Shown in pieces: positions 51,905 through 61,800 of a stretch of 64,000 nt of DNA. A program made the position numbers and the translations under genes. Under the pieces are notes generated by a model. It ran no database searches. It saw only the letters and a list, made by a program, of their open reading frames with translations, and had not been told where the DNA came from. Every line of letters begins with the position of its first letter. Within the stretch, counting starts at the first letter, position 1. Origin of the DNA: an uncultured Chitinophagaceae bacterium (lineage in GTDB: Bacteria > Bacteroidota > Bacteroidia > Chitinophagales > CAIOSU01); contig CAZIZP010000018.1 in assembly GCA_964543705.1 (NCBI GenBank), positions 12,107 through 76,106 on the forward strand. Direction: 5' to 3'.

Positions 51905-54172
51905 TTACTGAACAATAAACCTTTTTTGAACCGTGCCTGCTTTGCCTGCTTCAATCGTTAAAATATAAACCCCTTTTGCATATGGGCTTACATTTATCGG
52001 TTTAGCATATTTACCTGCTTCTTTTTCTAAAACCTCATGGGTTATGGTTTCGCCTAGTATATTGGTTATTTTAAGTGAAACCGGTTCTTTCAGGTCGGGT
52101 AAATACACTTCAGCTTTTAACACACTACTGGCAGGGTTAGGATACAACATTACCGATGAAGCATTTAGTAAATTATCTGATGGCTCTGAAGTAATTAGCG
52201 CATTGGGTTTTCTAATGTTAGAACGGGTAGTATTTACCGTTGCTCTTACAGGCGAGCAGGAAATGCCCCAGTTTACATCTACTACATATTCTGCATCGGG
52301 AAAAGAACTATAAGATATATCGGAGAAAGTAGCGTTGGTGCCCGGAATATTGCCAATAGGGAAGAAGTCGCCATTGGCAAAAGCATCTCTATTCATATTA
52401 AAGGATATAACCGGATTAGGCTGACCTTCTATTTGGTAAAAAGTCCATTGAAAATTACCATTACCTAAGTTTTGCAGGTGTATGGTATTATGAAAAGGGC
52501 TTAATGCCGATTCAGCACCGCAGGTATCTATAATAGACATTTTGTAGCGATAAGAAGTAGTGTTGGGGTTAGCGTCATAATCGTGATACTCGCTTAAAGA
52601 ATCGAAAGGAATAGTGGCAATTTTGGTATAGATATTAGAAGTGGTTTCGCGATAAATACAAAAGCTGTCTATTAAGCTGGTGGGCTGCTTTTCCCAGATA
52701 ATGATGTTGTGGGTGGAAGCAGTATCAACTGTTACTAAGCAAATATCAATACCCGGTGGTTGCAAGGTGGCAATAGTAAGGGTGGTAGCATAGCTAAAAC
52801 CACATTGTGGGGTAAATGCTTTTACCGAAATAGTGCCTCCGCTGCCATCAGATACTACAGTAATAGAAGTGCTATCGCTGCTGCCGGTCCACCCGCTGGG
52901 CAATGTCCATTCATATTTTGTCGCTCCGGGTATGGGGGTAATAGTATAGGTTTGCAAGGTGCCCCTGCATTCGGCATAGGGTAAACCTAAAATAGTATCG
53001 GGTTGTGGGGAAAGGCAGTTGTAAAGGCGGGCAATGCGGTTTCTCGCTACGCCATCGAAAGAAGTAAATCTTCCGCCTACCAAAACTTTATCATCGTTTT
53101 GTAAGGTTATGGCTAAAATATCATCATCGGCTCCGCTACCGGGATTAAAAACAGTATCTACATATCCATCGGCAGTTATTTTAGCCAATCTGTTTCTCGG
53201 AATATTATAATACTGCGTAAAGCTGCCTCCCGCAAAAAAACTGCTGTCTTCCAGTAGTTTTAAAGCATAAACCGGCAGGTTGGCACCGGGGTTTTGGCGA
53301 AAAGTAAAATCTATAGTGCCGTTAGCTCTGGTACGCACTACATAGCCTACCGTAGAGCCATTGTAAAAGGTAAATTCACCGCCTAGCATTATTTTACCAT
53401 TAGGCAATAACTGAGAGGTGTAAATATTAGAGCCTGCGCCCCCAATGCCGGGGTTTAGGGTTACATCGGGCGAGCCATCGGTATTGGCCCTTGCAAGCCG
53501 AAAACCCTGCACCCCAAAAAACGAAGTAAATGAGCCGGCAAGTAGCACTTTTCCATCGGGTTGTAGCGAAATCGTTTCAACCGAACCGTTTAAGCCATTC
53601 AGTGTGTTAAAAGTGGTGTCAATATCGCCATTGCTATGCAGGCGGGTTAAGTGTCCGTAAGGCAGGTTGTTTATGGTGGTATGATTACCTCCAATAATTA
53701 ATTTACCATCGGGCTGTAGTATTACATTTTTAAGACCCCCAAAAAAGTCGGGTTGTTTAAAAGTGGTATCTCTTAATCCATTAGGTAACAAGCGCATTAA
53801 ATAATATAAAGTGTCATTATTACCATCTATAAAACCATAATCACCGGCTATTAATATCTTGTTATCGGGCTGAACCAATATTTTATAGAGTCTGTTTTCA
53901 AAATCTCTAAATTGGTAATTAAAGGCATTAAATAAGAAACTGGTATCTGTAGAGCCGTCAGGGTTAAGTCTGGTAAGAAGGTTGGCAGGTGTGCCATTAA
54001 AATTAAAAAAATCTCCGCCCACTAAAATTTTTCCATCGGGTTGTACTGCAATCGCTCTTATGTTGTTATCAGCCCCTGTGCCAATATCGAAACTTAAATC
54101 TAAAGCTCCCGGCTGGGCTTTTAGTTGTAAAAAAAGGCAACTACATATAATCGCCAAAAAAATATTTCTCAT
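51905..54172 (-). CDS. T9SS type A cargo with delta-60 (DUF5122-type) repeats and PKD-like domain
   Basis: Repeated LQPDGKILxGGxF...RLxxDGxxDxxF; YEWTLPSGW; LYPNPAS...GVYIL. Confidence 0.88.
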   Translation of the reverse strand: MRNIFLAIICSCLFLQLKAQPGALDLSFDIGTGADNNIRAIAVQPDGKILVGGDFFNFNGTPANLLTRLNPDGSTDTSFLFNAFNYQFRDFENRLYKILVQPDNKILIAGDYGFIDGNNDTLYYLMRLLPNGLRDTTFKQPDFFGGLKNVILQPDGKLIIGGNHTTINNLPYGHLTRLHSNGDIDTTFNTLNGLNGSVETISLQPDGKVLLAGSFTSFFGVQGFRLARANTDGSPDVTLNPGIGGAGSNIYTSQLLPNGKIMLGGEFTFYNGSTVGYVVRTRANGTIDFTFRQNPGANLPVYALKLLEDSSFFAGGSFTQYYNIPRNRLAKITADGYVDTVFNPGSGADDDILAITLQNDDKVLVGGRFTSFDGVARNRIARLYNCLSPQPDTILGLPYAECRGTLQTYTITPIPGATKYEWTLPSGWTGSSDSTSITVVSDGSGGTISVKAFTPQCGFSYATTLTIATLQPPGIDICLVTVDTASTHNIIIWEKQPTSLIDSFCIYRETTSNIYTKIATIPFDSLSEYHDYDANPNTTSYRYKMSIIDTCGAESALSPFHNTIHLQNLGNGNFQWTFYQIEGQPNPVISFNMNRDAFANGDFFPIGNIPGTNATFSDISYSSFPDAEYVVDVNWGISCSPVRATVNTTRSNIRKPNALITSEPSDNLLNASSVMLYPNPASSVLKAEVYLPDLKEPVSLKITNILGETITHEVLEKEAGKYAKPINVSPYAKGVYILTIEAGKAGTVQKRFIVQ

Positions 54173-54270
54173 AGATAAATGGTTGCTGAAATACGATTAA
54201 TAAAACCGTTGCGGAAATTAACAACTTTTAGCACAAGATAAAATACTTACGTTATCGGGTAAGTATTATC

Positions 54271-54283
54271 ACCGTTTTCGGGG
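54271..54283 (+). promoter_or_regulatory. ACCGTTTTCGGGG motif, copy 1 (candidate regulator site)
   Basis: Exact 13-mer also at 55612 and 55649; CCG-N4-CGG dyad. Confidence 0.5.
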
Positions 54284-54354
54284 GGGGTAGAAGTGAAATC
54301 TTAAATTCTAAGTCCTAAACAAATTCAAAACACAAAACTCTAAATCCTAAACCC

Positions 54355-54506
54355 TAAATCCTAAACAAATTCAAAAATCGAAATTCAAAATTCAAAAACT
54401 ATTACCCCTCTCTGTCATTCTGTCCACGATAGCTAATGGGAGAAACTTTCCAATAAATATCCCCAACAAAACAAAGATGCCTACGGCATGACAAAATACT
54501 CTAAAC
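54355..54506 (+). repeat. ~150-bp direct repeat, copy A (heptamer tract + REP-like TGTCAT...ATGACA element)
   Basis: Near-identical to 55219-55372 in the same orientation. Confidence 0.9.
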
Positions 54507-54583
54507 AAATTCAAAAATCGAAATTCAAAATTCAAAAATCTAAACATTAAAACCATAGAAACAATATAACTACTCAAACAAAA

Positions 54584-54961
54584 TCACATTTCCTCGAATA
54601 TTATGCACTGTAACCCCGGAATTTTAGCAAAAGCTTTGTCTGCTGTAAGAAGAGGTATGTTTTGAGTAATTGCAGTGGCAGCTATAATAGCATCGGGTAT
54701 TTTTATTTTACGATGTTGCTTAATCGAAATCGCACAATCGCCAATAGTTTGGTCATACATTACTTTTCTTTGAAATGAAAGAATTTCTTTCACCAAATTC
54801 TGTTGTTTTCGGTCAATCAAATTGTTTCCCAACAGTTCAATTTCAGTAATAAAAGAGTAAATAATTTCTTTATTAAAAATAGCCTCAGCTGCACTTCGCT
54901 TGCCTTCAAGTAAATAAACAAACAAGTTAGTATCTAGCATTATTCTATCAATCCCATTCAT
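54584..54961 (-). CDS. vapC: PIN-domain toxin (VapC-like)
   Basis: MLDTNLFVY, ITEIELL, KIPDAIIAATA, LLTADKAF. Confidence 0.9.
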   Translation of the reverse strand: MNGIDRIMLDTNLFVYLLEGKRSAAEAIFNKEIIYSFITEIELLGNNLIDRKQQNLVKEILSFQRKVMYDQTIGDCAISIKQHRKIKIPDAIIAATAITQNIPLLTADKAFAKIPGLQCIIFEEM

Positions 54962-55130
54962 TTCTTACTTTTTTTTGGTAGGCTAAACCATCGCCATAAA
55001 CACCCTTTAATTTGCCTAAATACTTAAATGGGTCGAATTGTTTTTTTGTTTTTCTGTTAGCATTCAGCACCTTATCTATTTTACGCTTTATTTCTTCTGC
55101 CGAATCAGTTTTTTTAATGTAAACTGTCAT
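54948..55130 (-). CDS. Putative antitoxin partner of the PIN toxin
   Basis: 60 aa, basic, overlaps the toxin start by 14 nt; ends YQKKVRNEWD, a pattern typical of small PIN-associated antitoxins. Confidence 0.75.
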   Translation of the reverse strand: MTVYIKKTDSAEEIKRKIDKVLNANRKTKKQFDPFKYLGKLKGVYGDGLAYQKKVRNEWD

Positions 55131-55218
55131 ATTTTAAATGTTTAAGCTAAGATAAACAAAATCCAAAACCCCAAACTTAAAACTCTAAACCCAAAACCCA
55201 AAACCCAAAACCCTAAAC

Positions 55219-55372
55219 TCTAAATCCTAAACAAATTCAAAATTCAAAAATCGAAATTCAAAAACCATTACCCCTCTCTGTCATTCTGTCCACGATAGCT
55301 ATAGGGAGAAACTTTCCAATAAATATCCCCAATAAAACAAAGATGCCTCCGGCATGACAAAATACTCTAAAC
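55219..55372 (+). repeat. ~150-bp direct repeat, copy B
   Basis: See copy A. Confidence 0.9.
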
Positions 55373-55462
55373 CCAAAACTCCAAACTCTAAACTCTAAAC
55401 TCCAAACTAATGGCTAACGGCTCTGCCAAAAACTGAAAACTGATGACTGATTACTGAAAACT
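55373..55462. repeat. Degenerate heptamer tract (AAACTCC/AAACTCT...AACTGAA/AACTGAT/GACTGAT/TACTGAA)
   Basis: 7-nt periodicity read directly. Confidence 0.7.
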
Positions 55463-55502
55463 TTTTACAAAAACCACCATTTTTCAGAAGGGCAAAATTA
55501 CG

Positions 55503-55554
55503 TTCACAACATCCTGAGGCACTTTCACAACATCCTGGGGCACTTTCACAACAT
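55503..55554. repeat. 21-nt tandem repeat, 2.5 copies
   Basis: TTCACAACATCCTGAGGCACT / TTCACAACATCCTGGGGCACT / TTCACAACAT. Confidence 0.85.
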
Positions 55555-55611
55555 TTTCCATTTTCGAAACGCCCGCTATACTACTTTTAAAACCGAAATA
55601 CTATTGAAACA

Positions 55612-55661
55612 ACCGTTTTCGGGGGTTTTTAAGCGCAAGCTAATTTCCACCGTTTTCGGGG
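55612..55661 (+). promoter_or_regulatory. ACCGTTTTCGGGG motif, copies 2 and 3, upstream of the LuxR gene
   Basis: Exact 13-mers at 55612-55624 and 55649-55661. Confidence 0.55.
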
Positions 55662-55704
55662 TTACATAGTAAACTATTAATTAACATTTTTGACCTACTT
55701 AAAA

Positions 55705-56004
55705 ATGATTAAGAAAAACAAGAAACCTAAAATGATTTCTGTTAGCGGCATCCAATCGTTTCAGCCTGTAAATCTTAAAAAACTTGCCAATTCAGTTAAT
55801 GGCAAAAATTCGCCCCTGTCGCAGCGCCAGGCCGAAATACTGCAACTGGCAGCCAATGGCTATACCAGCCCTAAAATTGCCGCCCATATTTATTTAAGTA
55901 AAGACACCATAGAAGGCTACCGGAAAGATATTTTGCGTAAGCTGAAAGCCGCCAACATAACCCATGCCGTAGCCATTGCCCTTAGAAATAAATGGATTGA
56001 ATAA
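55705..56004 (+). CDS. Stand-alone LuxR/NarL-type HTH regulator
   Basis: LSQRQAEILQLAANGYTSPKIAAHIYLSKDTIEGYRKDILRKLKAANITHAVAIAL; no receiver domain. Confidence 0.9.
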   Translation: MIKKNKKPKMISVSGIQSFQPVNLKKLANSVNGKNSPLSQRQAEILQLAANGYTSPKIAAHIYLSKDTIEGYRKDILRKLKAANITHAVAIALRNKWIE

Positions 56005-56022
56005 CCCCAAGCCCCTGTAACC

Positions 56023-56181
56023 ATGCAACCCACAAAAAAGCATATAAACCCCACTTCGGTAGCCTTTACGCTTACCTGCGCGGTATTGCTGTTGCTCATT
56101 ACCTTTTTTGGGCTGTACAGCATGAAACAAGTAAAAAAATACGATTACACTAATATAAAAACCACAAAAACTAAACCCTGA
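56023..56181 (+). CDS. Small single-TM protein (52 aa)
   Basis: Manual translation: MQPTKKHINPTSVAFTLTCAVLLLLITFFGLYSMKQVKKYDYTNIKTTKTKP; below the ORF-track cutoff. Confidence 0.5.
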   Translation: MQPTKKHINPTSVAFTLTCAVLLLLITFFGLYSMKQVKKYDYTNIKTTKTKP

Positions 56182-56191
56182 AACAAAACCC

Positions 56192-56671
56192 ATGACCTGC
56201 CACGGCTTCGACATACCGCCTCATTTAATAATGGTGGCCCTGCACACCAGCAAAACCGCTGCCGTGGTGGGTAGTTTTTCTTCGGAAGGGGATGAAACAG
56301 CCTTCCCAAAAACGGGAATACAAGCGGAACAAGTTTCGGAGGCCTTCCCAAAAACGGGAATAGGAGCGGAACACGTTTCGGAAGCCTTCCCAAAAACGGG
56401 AATAGGAGCGGAACACGTTTCGGAGGCCTTCCCAAAATCGGGAACCCGGGCGGAACACGTTTCGGAGGCCTTCCCAAAATCGGGAACCCGGGCGGAACAC
56501 GTTTCGGAGGCCTTCCCAAAACCAGGAACCCGAGCGGAACACGTTTCGGAAGCCTTCCCAAAAACGGGAACCCAAGCGGAACACGTTTCGGGGGCCTTCC
56601 CAAAATCGGAAACACTATTCAGTTACTTATTTTTTCACCCAATAAAATCAAAACACTATGTTCAACCTTGA
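56192..56671 (+). CDS. Possible 14-aa repeat protein read through the 42-nt array (coding status uncertain)
   Basis: A-rich upstream context and overlap with the next start; repeats of EHVSEAFPKxGxxA. Two minus-strand frames are also open. Confidence 0.35.
   Translation: MTCHGFDIPPHLIMVALHTSKTAAVVGSFSSEGDETAFPKTGIQAEQVSEAFPKTGIGAEHVSEAFPKTGIGAEHVSEAFPKSGTRAEHVSEAFPKSGTRAEHVSEAFPKPGTRAEHVSEAFPKTGTQAEHVSGAFPKSETLFSYLFFHPIKSKHYVQP
56300..56613. repeat. 42-nt tandem array, 7 units plus a partial, each with two short palindromes
   Basis: Units at 56300, 56342, 56384, 56426, 56468, 56510, 56552 and 56594 (partial); consensus GCCTTCCCAAAAACGGGAA-nnnn-GCGGAACACGTTTCGGAG. Confidence 0.95.
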
Positions 56672-57617
56672 AAAATTAGTCGAAGATTTTTTTGATGATA
56701 AAAATCTTTCTGACACCAACCTGCAAGCTTTTACCGATGATGCCTTACTGCGCTTATCTATACCCGATAACAATCCCGGAGGGATTTACAGCCAGTTAAT
56801 AACCGATACCCTTACAAAATACAGTGCTTTTTTTGGTAAAATGACCAATTTGGCTTCTAAAAAAGCCATTAGCGAAGGCTTAACCATTACTATGGAAGCC
56901 ACTAAAAAAGACGTTATAGATTATTTAAGCGATTTGCAAAACCTGGTGAAGTTTAAGTTTAATGAAACCTCGGCTACCTACCAGGAGTTTTATCCGCAAG
57001 GCATGAGCGAATACCACGATGCCAACCTGCCACAGTTGCCCACCTTGCTGCAACGGTATGTAACAGCCGCTACTGCCCATTTGGTAAGCAGCAATGCTGC
57101 CGAAGTAACCGCCTTAACCGATAAAGTAGGGGCATTTAATACCGCCCGAACAGCACAACTTACCGCATTTGGCGAGGTAGAAAACCTGCAAACCGGCAGG
57201 CGACAAGACCGCAAGGCACTTACCCTGCAACTAACTACCAACCTGCTTACCATAGCTATTAATAACCTCGAAAACCCCGATAACTTTAATAACTACTACA
57301 ACCCCAGCTACCTGCCGCTTACCGATAAAGCATTTAGCGTAAATGGCGTTATTGCGCCCGGTGCTATTATAAGTGCCGTAGCCGAAGGCACCATAATCCG
57401 CAGCAGCACGCTTACCCTGTATAACCAAGGCACCGATGAATTAATATTTGCCATAAGCGACCGCCCCGAATTTATAGATGAAGTAAACCGGCTAACCATA
57501 GCCCCCGGCAACAGCCAGCGTATAGAAGGCACCCTGCCCGTGTTTGAACAATATTTCCTGAACATCCAAAACCCACACCCCACCCAAAACGGCAAGTGGA
57601 AGGTGGTAGTGGGGTAG
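56658..57617 (+). CDS. Uncharacterised protein: helical N-terminal domain + beta-rich C-terminal domain, no signal peptide
   Basis: Amphipathic helices (aa ~10-205, FYPQGMSEY motif), then a beta-strand-like tail; A-rich start context. Confidence 0.85.
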   Translation: MFNLEKLVEDFFDDKNLSDTNLQAFTDDALLRLSIPDNNPGGIYSQLITDTLTKYSAFFGKMTNLASKKAISEGLTITMEATKKDVIDYLSDLQNLVKFKFNETSATYQEFYPQGMSEYHDANLPQLPTLLQRYVTAATAHLVSSNAAEVTALTDKVGAFNTARTAQLTAFGEVENLQTGRRQDRKALTLQLTTNLLTIAINNLENPDNFNNYYNPSYLPLTDKAFSVNGVIAPGAIISAVAEGTIIRSSTLTLYNQGTDELIFAISDRPEFIDEVNRLTIAPGNSQRIEGTLPVFEQYFLNIQNPHPTQNGKWKVVVG

Positions 57618-57641
57618 ATAATATAAACTAAATAAACAACC

Positions 57642-58499
57642 ATGAAAAACATAGTTTTATTCTTTTTGGTAATTGTTATTTCAACTTTTACTATTAAATC
57701 ACAAGAAAGAGATTATTTAAATGATACGTTAGGATTTGTAATTGAAAAAGGAGGGACTAATTTGATTATCTACTTTCATGATGCTACAAAAGACATTCCA
57801 GATACCATTAGATACAAGTCATTTGATTCTAAATACTATTTTCAAAAAACAGGAAAAACACTTATCATAAATGAAACCAAGTTCATTCAAATTATTATTC
57901 CAGGTGAGCCGAACCTGAATAATCTAAATGAACAAATTAAAAAAGATTCTTTAAGAGGTAGTAATGATGGTAGTGCGTTGATAGTTTCAATTCGCGATTG
58001 GGGAAAGTTATACTGGATTAAGGAAAGTGATTTTAAAGATAAAACCAAACCACGCTATTACAGTTTCAAAAATGATTACACTTCAGGATTGTTAACAGCA
58101 CCATTCAAATTCAGGCCCAATACAAAAAATACAGATGGTACTATTGTTGAAGGTGATTTAAATCTAGGTGCTTTTGTCGGCTGGAAAATGCGCCTTTCAA
58201 AAGTACAACCATACTTTATAAGTTTAAATGGTTTTTTATCCTTTGGGAGTGTAGAACTTAATAGCACAAATGATAAAAGTATAACTGACCCCAAGGAAAG
58301 TAATAATGCATTTGCTTTTAACTATGGAAGTGGCTTAGTATTTGAATTCCATAACTTTCAAAGTGGCGTAATAGTTGGGTTTGATGGTGCCACAGGTAAT
58401 AATGCAAAAAACTACCTGTTTCAAAATAAACCCTGGCTGAGTTTCTCACTCAATTACAATTTTGTTAAACCTAAACAATCTGAAAATTCTAATCAATAG
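57642..58499 (+). CDS. Hypothetical exported protein, possible C-terminal beta-barrel
   Basis: Signal peptide; alternating aromatic/Gly strands in the C-terminal half; AT-richer than its neighbours. Confidence 0.7.
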   Translation: MKNIVLFFLVIVISTFTIKSQERDYLNDTLGFVIEKGGTNLIIYFHDATKDIPDTIRYKSFDSKYYFQKTGKTLIINETKFIQIIIPGEPNLNNLNEQIKKDSLRGSNDGSALIVSIRDWGKLYWIKESDFKDKTKPRYYSFKNDYTSGLLTAPFKFRPNTKNTDGTIVEGDLNLGAFVGWKMRLSKVQPYFISLNGFLSFGSVELNSTNDKSITDPKESNNAFAFNYGSGLVFEFHNFQSGVIVGFDGATGNNAKNYLFQNKPWLSFSLNYNFVKPKQSENSNQ

Positions 58500-58550
58500 T
58501 TCAATGCTAAAGTATCATTACGTAACTTTTATAATAATAAATTATTTATC

Positions 58551-58793
58551 ATGAAAAATTTAATATTTGCAATCACAACTATTCTATTTTGTGCATCAGC
58601 CTGCACCAAAACACGAGATAGCTACTGCGCTTCTTGCATTGGCGAAATTGGCGGGGTAATTCAAAACCACCGGGTGCAGTGCAGCGATTTAAAATCAACC
58701 ACCGACAACTTTGCTGCCGATTTTATTAAAGATGCCACCCTCAAAGGGCAATCTTCCACCTGCTCAAAATACATAGTAGAAGATAAGTATTAA
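58551..58793 (+). CDS. Small Cys-rich lipoprotein
   Basis: FCASAC lipobox-like; YCASC...C...C pattern. Confidence 0.65.
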   Translation: MKNLIFAITTILFCASACTKTRDSYCASCIGEIGGVIQNHRVQCSDLKSTTDNFAADFIKDATLKGQSSTCSKYIVEDKY

Positions 58794-58831
58794 GCATAAA
58801 CAATTTTATATAGAAAGTAAAACAACTCAAT

Positions 58832-61800
58832 ATGAATAAGCTAACACTGTTTATACACCGCAATAGAAAAAGCATTTTTATCCTGCTTTTATGCACACTG
58901 CTCAGCAGCATGGGTATTGCCCAGCCAGGTGCTATTGATCTATCTTTTAACCCAGGCTCAGGGGCGAATGATGAAGTAAAGTCAATAAGCCTACAGCAAG
59001 ACGGGAAAATCATTATTGCAGGCTATTTTACTTCGTATAGAGGGGTTGGGCGAAATCGTGTTGCACGAGTTAATAATGATGGAACAATTGATAACACCTT
59101 TAATCTAGGGACAGGTGCAAATAGCAATATTTGGTCTACATCAATACAACCTGATGGGAAAATCCTTATCGGGGGGGAGTTCACTAGTTACAACGGCACA
59201 GCACGAAATTATATCGCTCGTTTAAATGCTGACGGTAGCATTGACCCTTCATTTAATACTGGTAGCGGTCCAGGCAACTTTGTAACTAGTATTTCCTTAC
59301 AATCTGATGGTAAAATTATTATTGTAGGAGGATTTTCTAGTTTTAATGGTACATCCCGAAACGGCATAGCCCGATTAAATTCTGATGGAAGTTTAGATGC
59401 AACTTTTAATCCAGGTACTGGTGTAAATTTCACTATTTGGACTTCATCAATACAGGCTGATGGGAAAATCATAATCGGGGGAAGTTTCACTTCATTCAAT
59501 GGTGTTGGAAGAATTCGAGTTGCTCGGCTTAATACGAATGGTAGTCTTGATAATACATTTAATCCTGGTTTAGGAGCAGAACATTCTTTCAACCCAGCTT
59601 ATATTTTAACAACTTTAATACAACCGGATGGAAAAATAATAATAGGAGGCTATTTTAACAGCTACAACGGTACGGCACGCAATTATATCACACGCTTGAA
59701 TGCAAATGGCAGTCTCGATGCCACTTTCAATACAGGTACCGGGACGGATTGGCAAGTTAATACCACCGCCCTGCAGCCCGATGGTAAGATCATTATTGGA
59801 GGACAGTTTACCAGCTACAACGGCACAGCACGCAGCCGCATAGCCCGCCTGAATGCCAATGGCACCCTTGATGCCACATTCAACTCAACAGGGACGGGTT
59901 TTATTAATGCAACTGCGCTACAGCCCGATGGGAAAATCCTTATCGGAGGCTCTTTCACCAGCTACAACGGCACAGCACGTAACCGTGTTGCCAGAGTGCT
60001 AAACCCTCCCCCCTACCAAGCCACTTTCACCGCCATGAGCACCGGCAGCGCCACCTGGTGTGCCGGAGAAACCCGCACCGTAAGCGTAACCGTAACCAAC
60101 ATCGGCAGCGCCACTTGGACCAACAGCGGGCCCGATGTAAACATTGGTGCTACCTGGAGCAATGATTTAAGCTACCCATGGCGCGTAAATGCCAATAACC
60201 TGGCACCCGGCCAAAGCCAAACCTACAACATTACCGTAACTGCCCCGGCAAGCCCCGGCAGCTACACCCTGCAATTTGATGTAGTAAAAGAAGGCGATTG
60301 CTGGTTTGGCAATAACAACGGCAGTTGCGGCCCCGGCAATGCAGCTTATGTAAGCGCAGCGCAAACCGTAAGCGGTAGCATCGCCACCGCCACCCTCACA
60401 GGCGGCAGCATCTGCCCACCCGCCACTGGGGCTGATGTTACCTTGGCTGCTTCAGAAACAGGCGCAAACTACCAACTCTACAAAACCATTTTTAAAGACG
60501 ATTTTGAAACCTACACGGGCTGGAGCACCTATGGCACAGGCGTGGTGGCGCAATCCTCAGCACAGGCGCAGCAGGGCACTTTCTCCCTCCACAAAACCAC
60601 CAACGGAGACCCCAACGGAGGCATCAAAGCCATTGGGCAAACGGTGGGCAATACCTTTTTGTTTGAGGGGTGGATGTTACAGGCTTCAGGCACACAAAGC
60701 AACCGCATAGCCTTTCTTGATGGCAGCGGCAATGGTTATAGTTTAAGGGTTACCAATACAACCATAGGAGTAGAAAGAAGAAATGCAGGCGTTGCCACCG
60801 TTATCAGCAGCAATGTAGCATGGGCACGTCCTGCAGGTGTTTGGTTCCGCTTTGTGTTCACCGGCAATGGCAACGGCACCTACACTTTAAATATTTATGA
60901 TATTGCAGGCACTTTACAAGCCAGCGTAACCAGCAATACCGATAATACATTCAATAGCTTTACCCAAATTGCGGTAGTAGGCGGCAACGATTATCATGTA
61001 GATAATATCCGTTTATCTATACCACAAGGCGGTGCCGTTGCAGGCACAGGCAGCCCTTTGGTGTGGAGCAATATACCTGTAGGCGAGTATCAGGTGTATA
61101 GTGGGGTTACAAGCAATTGCTCAAGAGTATTAAGCAGTGTGGCTACCGTAGAACAACTTACCGCCAGCACCTGGTATTTAGATGCCGATAATGATAACTA
61201 CTATACAACCACCCAAAGTGCCTGCACCAGCCCGGGCGCGGGTTGGACCAGCACCTTACCCGCTGGCGGCAGTGGCGATTGCGATGATAACAATGCAGCC
61301 ATTAACCCCGGGGCTACAGAAATTTGCGGCAACAGCATAGATGAAGATTGCAGTGGCAGCGATTTAACCTGCCCAACCTTCACCTGGACCGGCAACTCCA
61401 ATACCCTTTGGAATGAAAGCGGCAACTGGAGTGGCGGCAATATACCCACCGCTACCGATAATGCCATTATACCCGATGTAAGCGGGGGCAGTGGTAATTT
61501 CCCAACCATTAATACCGCAGTAAGCATTGCCGATATTACCATAGCAACCAACGCCACCTTAGATATTTCTGCTAACCAGTCGCTTACCGTAAGCGGAGTA
61601 TTAACCAATAATGGCACCATAACGGTAGCCAGCGGAGGCAGCTTAGTACAGGAAGATGGCAGCACTTTGGCAGGTAGCGGCACTTATATAGTAGAAAGAG
61701 CCATTACTGCAGGGCAACGCTTCATCGGCTCGCCCATAGAAAGCCACAGTGTAAACGGCTTTGGCATAGCACCTAGTGGCACCAACGGAGGGCAAATAAT

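Noticed and set aside
56300-56613. Array as CRISPR
   Set aside because: Units are contiguous 42-mers with only a few variable bases, no unique spacers, and no cas genes in the window.
56145-56615. Minus-strand repeat ORFs (56145..56615, 56225..56584)
   Set aside because: Antisense to a co-oriented plus-strand cassette; open only because the repeat lacks stops.
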